Part shown: positions 58,012-64,000 of the stretch, one piece after another
How the letters are laid out: each line of letters opens with the position of its first letter
How positions within the stretch are numbered: the stretch's first letter is position 1
Assembly: GCA_002633005.1 (NCBI GenBank)
Contig: NMRA01000291.1
Location: 326,825 to 390,824 of the forward strand
DNA length: 64,000 nucleotides
Direction of reading: 5' to 3'
From: Phoronis australis
Lineage: Eukaryota; Animalia; Phoronida
Made by a program: the position numbers and the translations under genes
Notes under the pieces: model-generated
The model's database searches: none
What the model was told of the DNA's origin: nothing
What the model saw: the letters and a program-made list of their open reading frames with translations, nothing else

Positions 58012-58520
58012 TCTTCCGATATGGCATTAGCTGTTTCACCTATGGCCTGTGTATCGTCTTCGCCCTCCATCTCCATACTGATCTTCATTATTTTCGTCAA
58101 GCTCACTCATTGAGTTTTCGCAACTTTCAAAATCACTACAATCTGCCATTGCATCTATACTGAACTGTCAACTTTTCAGTGTCTTCCACTGATGACATCA
58201 CATGGTGGGAAACCAAAAAAATCATTAATTTTTCTTTAAAATACAAAGTTCCCCAATTGTTTGCAAAATAAGTGCTTATTTAGTTAGATTTTGTCATAGA
58301 AGTATTACACATGGTCTAAAACTTCAAAAATTGCAAAAATCCATTGTACGAACGCTTTAAGAGGTATGGTTCACTGGGGAGTCTTTAGGTAGTGCTGTGT
58401 TAGAATTTATATTTACTGTTCATCCAAAACCCTGGAGGCTACTCAATTATATTTTTGACTAGTTGTGCTGCTTGGGAAATTAGCATAATCGGCAAGAATA
58501 AAAATGAGTGGGAATCTCAA

Positions 58521-59009
58521 CAGGCCTTTATGCAGCGTACGTCCTGGGCATCCAAATGGACGCCCTAGCACTAATCTGGACGCCCTGGCAAGGACGCCCA
58601 ATGTATCATTTGGCCGCCCACTGGGCAATAGGAACCTTTCAAGTTTGGACTCACACATTGTAATGAATACTAGGAAGCCTCTGAAGGCTCACAGTGGGGG
58701 CTCTTTTTCAAAACAGGAAGAAATATACAATGTATATACAAAGTATATAAAATGTTGCTATGCTGACACTTGGTTGATAGCATTGTAAAAGTCTTGGTCT
58801 ACATTTTTTTAGTAAACTGCTCACTACAGTAGGCTGTTTTGTAAACTTAGATGTAAAAGCAGCTTGGTCTGTGCATTTTTTTGTAAAAAAATCTGTGTGT
58901 TTGGGGGGATTGCTGGAGGTGGGGGTTACCCGTCGGAATCATGGATGCCCTGGAATATTGGGAACCCCATTTTGGACACCCTATTTTCAAAATCCTGGAT
59001 AAAGGCCTG
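58521..59009. mobile_element. hAT-family non-autonomous element, 489 bp, 8-bp TSD
   Basis: TIR CAGGCCTTTAT(G/C)CAG at both ends; AATCTCAA at 58513-58520 and 59010-59017. Confidence 0.88.
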
Positions 59010-62000
59010 AATCTCAACCGACCTATTTGTGACCCCCCCCCCCCCCNCCCCCCCCGAATAAGGGATATTAGTTCTTCGTAATGGCACCAACTCATTAGCA
59101 TAGTTTTTGTGGTCAGTATTTACAGGTGAATAGTCACTCACAGCACCTGATGCTCATCACTGTTTTATCAGAGGTTGACAGCTATGAAGAACCACTGCCA
59201 TCCCTTTGTGTGAGTGTTATTCTGCTCTGCAGTTATTCAGACTGGATTACTGTGGCATACAACCTTGACATCCAAGAGGTCTTGCTTTACACAAATCAAG
59301 TTCTCCCTTTACTCTCCCTGTCTGCTGAGATGTCAATCACATTTTGTTACTTCTGGTGCTGGTGAAAAAACCAACAGCTGCCCAACATACGCAACACCGG
59401 TTAGGGTCAAAGGTCACCAGCTGCCCCACGCTGAAAACCACTTTAACATCAAGCCCTCTCTTAGCACATATTCGATTGATGTTTCCGCCTAGCTAAGGCT
59501 GGAGCCACAGACTGAAATTAACTGCCTGTCTTTGAAGCGGATGAACCAGTCTTAGATCTGGGTTCCCATAGGTTTTTTTCTGCAGGGTATGTTGAATGGC
59601 TTTGATCTTTTGTTCTCGATCTTAGTGCTGTTTTTCCGTGGGGCAACAGCGCTGATCCAAATTAAGAGTGGCACTTGTTGACTGGTTACCTAAATGTGTG
59701 TGGACATAAATAATTAATTCACATTCCAACATAATTTTCCAATGTTTTCAGTTGTTCTTAGCATGCTGTGCCATCTGAAAATATGGTTCCCTTTTTGAGG
59801 TTGAGCTATACTTTAGATAGTTGGTCCAAAAGTAAATTTATTTTGTTTTCTCACTTCCACGTTGTTTGGATTTGTATGCACTGTTGCTTCTGTTAACATT
59901 TTTTTCTTTTTTGTAATTGAAACTGATTTTATTTCAGGTGTAATATGATTGCTCGTGGCACTTTTACGGTTTATTTTATTACATTGCATGTATTGTATAC
60001 AATCACGTGTCAAATCTGGAAAGTTCAGAACCCGAATTCTCGGATGTCAGTGCTGGTAAATACTATTGCATTAGATATGATATTTCTGTTAGATTTATTA
60101 TCACAATTTTTATAATTGTGTGAAAATGAAATACCAATTATCTCCCAGTACATTTAAATGAAGACACCAAAAAACAAATGGTGGGTGTAAAACTGAATGC
60201 AACAACATGTTGTGATGATTTTTTTCAAAATTGGGAAATGGGCATTGAGCCGAATGTGGGCAATTTCCTGTCAGAACTAATTGTGTTAGCTGACAATGGT
60301 CTTACTTTGGAGCAAAGGTCAAATACAAAGAAATGTGTTGAAAATTAAATTAATATTTATTTTCATTTTTCAAAATAATATTTATGATATGACTAGGTTA
60401 AATGACCCCATGTCTAGAAAATATCTACACAAAATACAGTCAAAATAAAATCTTGTTTTCATGGCATTTATGTACACCAAAGCTCACTCAATAAATTAAT
60501 ATTTATAATAATATAATAAATACATTACAATCAGTGTATTCCATAACATACATACATACATTATATTTGGCTTTTCTTTCCCTACATTGTGAGATTGCAG
60601 CTTCGCTGTGTGTTAAGATTATGTAGGACTTTGATTAAAAGTGTGTGCGTTTAGCCAAATGTTTACAATACTATAGATATGAACTCGGAATATTTCTGAA
60701 AGTAGAAGTTTTGTAGATTTTAATATTTAGCTTTTTATCAGTGTGTCCTTTGGTCGCCTAACCACACCTTTTACATAAATTTTAGCAAAAAAGAAAGGTA
60801 CATTCAAAGCAAGACAATGGTATCAATGACCAAATTTCATTTGATATAAAGGTTTGATATGAAATCTCAAAAATGCTGTTGTAGTTTTCTAAAGTATCAT
60901 TTCGTTTTTGTTTGCAAGTTTTTTAATGAAAATTATGTTATAGTTGTTCATATCCCCTCATACAAAGGGGAAGGAACGTTTCCAAAACCTAACAGCATTT
61001 TGGAGAGCCGTTGAGTGTACAAAGCATGGTATGTGAGTTTCATACTAATCCAATCAGCCATTTCTCAGGTAACATTTTCTGAACATAGGCAAGTTTGGAC
61101 ATTTTTCAAGGTTCCTACATAACCTTATATTAAAGTATTCTTTCAAAATTGATTAGCAAAGCTCCAATCCTGTATCGTGAATTGACTAGTGTTTGTCACC
61201 TGAGTTAAGAAACCAGTTTTCACCGAGTTACTAAACACATTCCTAATGATGCTGCGTGTCAAAATGAAATAGTTTCACTAAATTCAATGCAGTATGAAGA
61301 CTTTCACGCATTTATGGTCATCATACTTTTATATCTTGTCGCAGCAAAATCTCACAAACTTCTGACATAAATTTTTGCATTTTGTTACTTTCTAGTGGAT
61401 GTGCTAACCAACAAGTTTCCAAACACTTGCACAATGCAATGGTAGCTAGTACAGAGCTTGCGATAATTGTCTCCCAAAGTATCCTGAATCGGTGAGATTT
61501 ACTGTACTTTCAGAATGCTCCCAAAACCTTGATACAGAGACATATTAAAAATCAAATTTTATAATTTATGCTCACTATACATTTCGTGCAAATGAGACAT
61601 ACCATAAAGTAAAAGACTTAAGAATACTGTTGAGCGCACTGTCAAAATCTGTTTCACAAAGACTTTTTCTTTAAGCATGTCTTTGTTTCAATTCTGCACT
61701 AAAGAGAAACTGCTTTCATGTAACATCAAAAGACAGTGTCATCTGATTGTTGTACTAAACCAACTGAGTGCACAATGTTACCTTAACACAACTTCAATAA
61801 AACTTAAACATATGTAGCATTTGGTACTCAGTTACCTTGAGGGCAAACTGCTGAGAACTTAGTTGTTGGCAACTAACAATTCTTAATTGGGCTCAGCACT
61901 CCAAGGTCATGCTGTGCAGTTGTTTGGAAACTGGACTGTTAGATAAGGTATCACAGCTCAGTTTTGGCAAAATGTGGTTGATGGTTGGCTGCTGTTACCA

Positions 62001-62846
62001 ATATTCTGTGGGACTGGCAGATGGGTGCTCATGCTGTGCAGATTACTGCAATATAACAGACACGCTATGCTTGCTGGAACTCCATAGTTGTTCAGCAATG
62101 TAGATATTGACAGTTTTTGTGCACACAATGGGTTTTTGTCGTCTCGAAAAACAGTTTGATTTTTTCGAAATTGGTCATTTTCATAGAATTCAAAGTTGTA
62201 GCCTAAGCATATCGTTTACCGATGTCACTTTTATTTGTTGTGAGTAAAATGTTTTGTTTATGCTCTTCCTGAACACGATTTTTTATGAATTCAATATTGA
62301 AAATGCAAATGGCAAATTTTGATAAAGTTTCTGCTGTGTACTCTCCAATTTCTCTAAATTATCGGAAGGACATATTTCTATTAAATATCTTCTCACCTAC
62401 TGCATCCACCAGCATCTGCATCGTGCAGCATTGACCACGAGAGTCTCTTCTCTCAGAATTTACACCTCCTCTGCGGGGCGTCAGCACAAAAGTGCCTGAT
62501 ACCTCATCAATGCCATTCTCATCATTATTCAAGATAGAAAAGTATTCATTTCATTAGTCTCCCAAAATACCATTACAGTCGTGCTGCCATTCTTCCCACT
62601 TTATGTGGTAACATTCAATGCACCTTCTATTCGCAGATTCGTGTCGTCGAAACCATTTCATTCAGCTACAACCTCATAGAAGGGGTCTCCCGCTTGAGGT
62701 ATACTTGGTTTAATGCTTTTGCTCACGCATAGAGTCCAAATTGTGGTAATGTAGATCTTGCTCAAGGGTCTCAGATCTGTTTCATCGCGCGCTTCTCAGG
62801 ATTTACCAAAGATGGCGCCACTCCTAACAACACCACTCTTGGTGTC

Positions 62847-63247
62847 TTATTCTTGTTCCATCAATAACTTGATAAGCTTGGCGTGATCCATTGTCTGAAG
62901 CGTTTTCAGATCCTTTCCCAGGGCTTCGGCTATACTTGACATGTCGAGACCGAATTGCATGAGCAGATCAATAAAATCAATCTCTTCCCCGCTGAAGGGG
63001 TTCCTCAACTTGGGACATGATTGGTTACACTGTGGCCACTCACAGGTATCAGCCAGGTGGTGGCGGCAGGTGGGGTGATACAGTAGTCGATGTTCTTCTA
63101 TACCTGGATTAATATACTCTATAAACGCAGAACGTTCTCTCCGCGGCAACTCATTTGATTGGCTGTTTTTAGTGCCCCGTCTCTCACTTCGGATTCTCTT
63201 CCTGTTTCTCCTCCTTTCTCGTCTTTCCTTGCGCCGCCTCTTGTTAC
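62847..63247 (-). CDS. Terminal coding exon of an unrecognised protein (Arg-rich stretch, then Cys-containing C-terminal module ..CRHHLADTCEWPQCNQSCPKLRNPFSGEEIDFIDLLMQFGLD..)
   Basis: acceptor cttattcag at 63249-63248; open frame to TAA at 62849-62847; GC-richer and protein-like composition. Confidence 0.8.
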
Positions 63248-63566
63248 CTGAATAAGTTGAGAAATGTGATTAGTATCAAAGTTGTCAATTCATCGCCCTG
63301 TGGCATGTTCAAAAAGGCTAGTTACCCACAAGAGATCATAATGGTTGGTGAACTTGTGATGGGTGGCGACATCCTACAGGAACCAGCGTGATCATACCAA
63401 ACTTGCCACGTACTTGCCTATTGGTGAACATTGCCTCACTAGCGCCACCCAGTGAATTTAAAATCACCCATTGGGTCAAGGCAAATAAAAAATTCATATC
63501 AGAATTTAAGTTTAGTTTCCGGTGTTTATGGTTTAAGTAGAGCAAAAAGCTTTTGATTTTGCTCAC

Positions 63567-63667
63567 CTTTCTTCTTTTTCTTTGATTTCCTTCCTTTTTT
63601 CTTCTTGTTCTTATTTTTCTTCACCCTGGGTACAGCTTCGTCCCCAAGCAGCTTATTTTCATTTGAC
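63567..63667 (-). CDS. Penultimate exon of the same gene (SNENKLLGDEAVPRVKKNKNKKKKGRKSKKKKK)
   Basis: acceptor ctatttcag; donor G|GTGAGC; its phase-1 end matches the terminal exon. Confidence 0.75.
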
Positions 63668-63865
63668 CTGAAATAGACAGAATGAAACATTAATACCAGT
63701 ACTTCCTCTGCCTCTGGTACAAAATTAATTCCAACTCCTTGTCATTTACATTGCATGGATTCTAGGCAGATGTCAACGAATATTATGACACTATTCTCTT
63801 AGATTTTTAGGCCAATACGACTGACATGCATTTCTTGTATACTTAATAACTCATCATACATTCAC

Positions 63866-63908
63866 CAGGTGGCAGGACCGGTTTTTCCACAAGTTGGCTC
63901 ACCAAGAA
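63866..63908 (-). CDS. Possible further upstream exon (LGEPTCGKTGPAT)
   Basis: gtttggcag acceptor; TG|GTGAAT donor in phase 2 fits the next exon; short and otherwise unsupported. Confidence 0.35.
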
Positions 63909-64000
63909 CTGCCAAACAGCATGTCGAGATATTTTGTGAGTCTACACAAAAATAACTCGATAAAGTGTTGATTTACTAGCAGGGCAAGCAGAAGCAATGA

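Overview
AT-rich, intron-rich animal genomic DNA, probably from an invertebrate; the species cannot be determined from the sequence. Three spliced genes can be reconstructed by hand. (1) Minus strand: the first 9 coding exons of a tomosyn/STXBP5 gene (ATG at 32342, running off the left edge). Its 18.1-kb intron 2 has clear minor-spliceosome (U12) signals. (2) Plus strand, divergent from tomosyn: a complete 12-coding-exon coproporphyrinogen-III oxidase (CPOX) gene, 36457-53803, 387 aa, with a bipartite mitochondrial presequence. (3) Minus strand, convergent with CPOX: the last 2-3 exons of an unrecognised protein with a long Lys/Arg tract and a Cys-containing C-terminal module. Introns and intergenic DNA are rich in non-autonomous elements: a Kolobok/THAP derivative with TTAA TSD, a nested Mutator-like foldback cluster between the two divergent genes, hAT and Tc1/mariner-type MITEs, a tRNA-derived SINE, a Penelope GIY-YIG remnant ending in a minimal hammerhead ribozyme motif, and an unusual TSD-flanked element made of two back-to-back tRNA-like units. 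Most ORFs in the supplied track are spurious. One duplication around an N-gap is probably an assembly artefact. All calls are by eye; no search or folding program was run.
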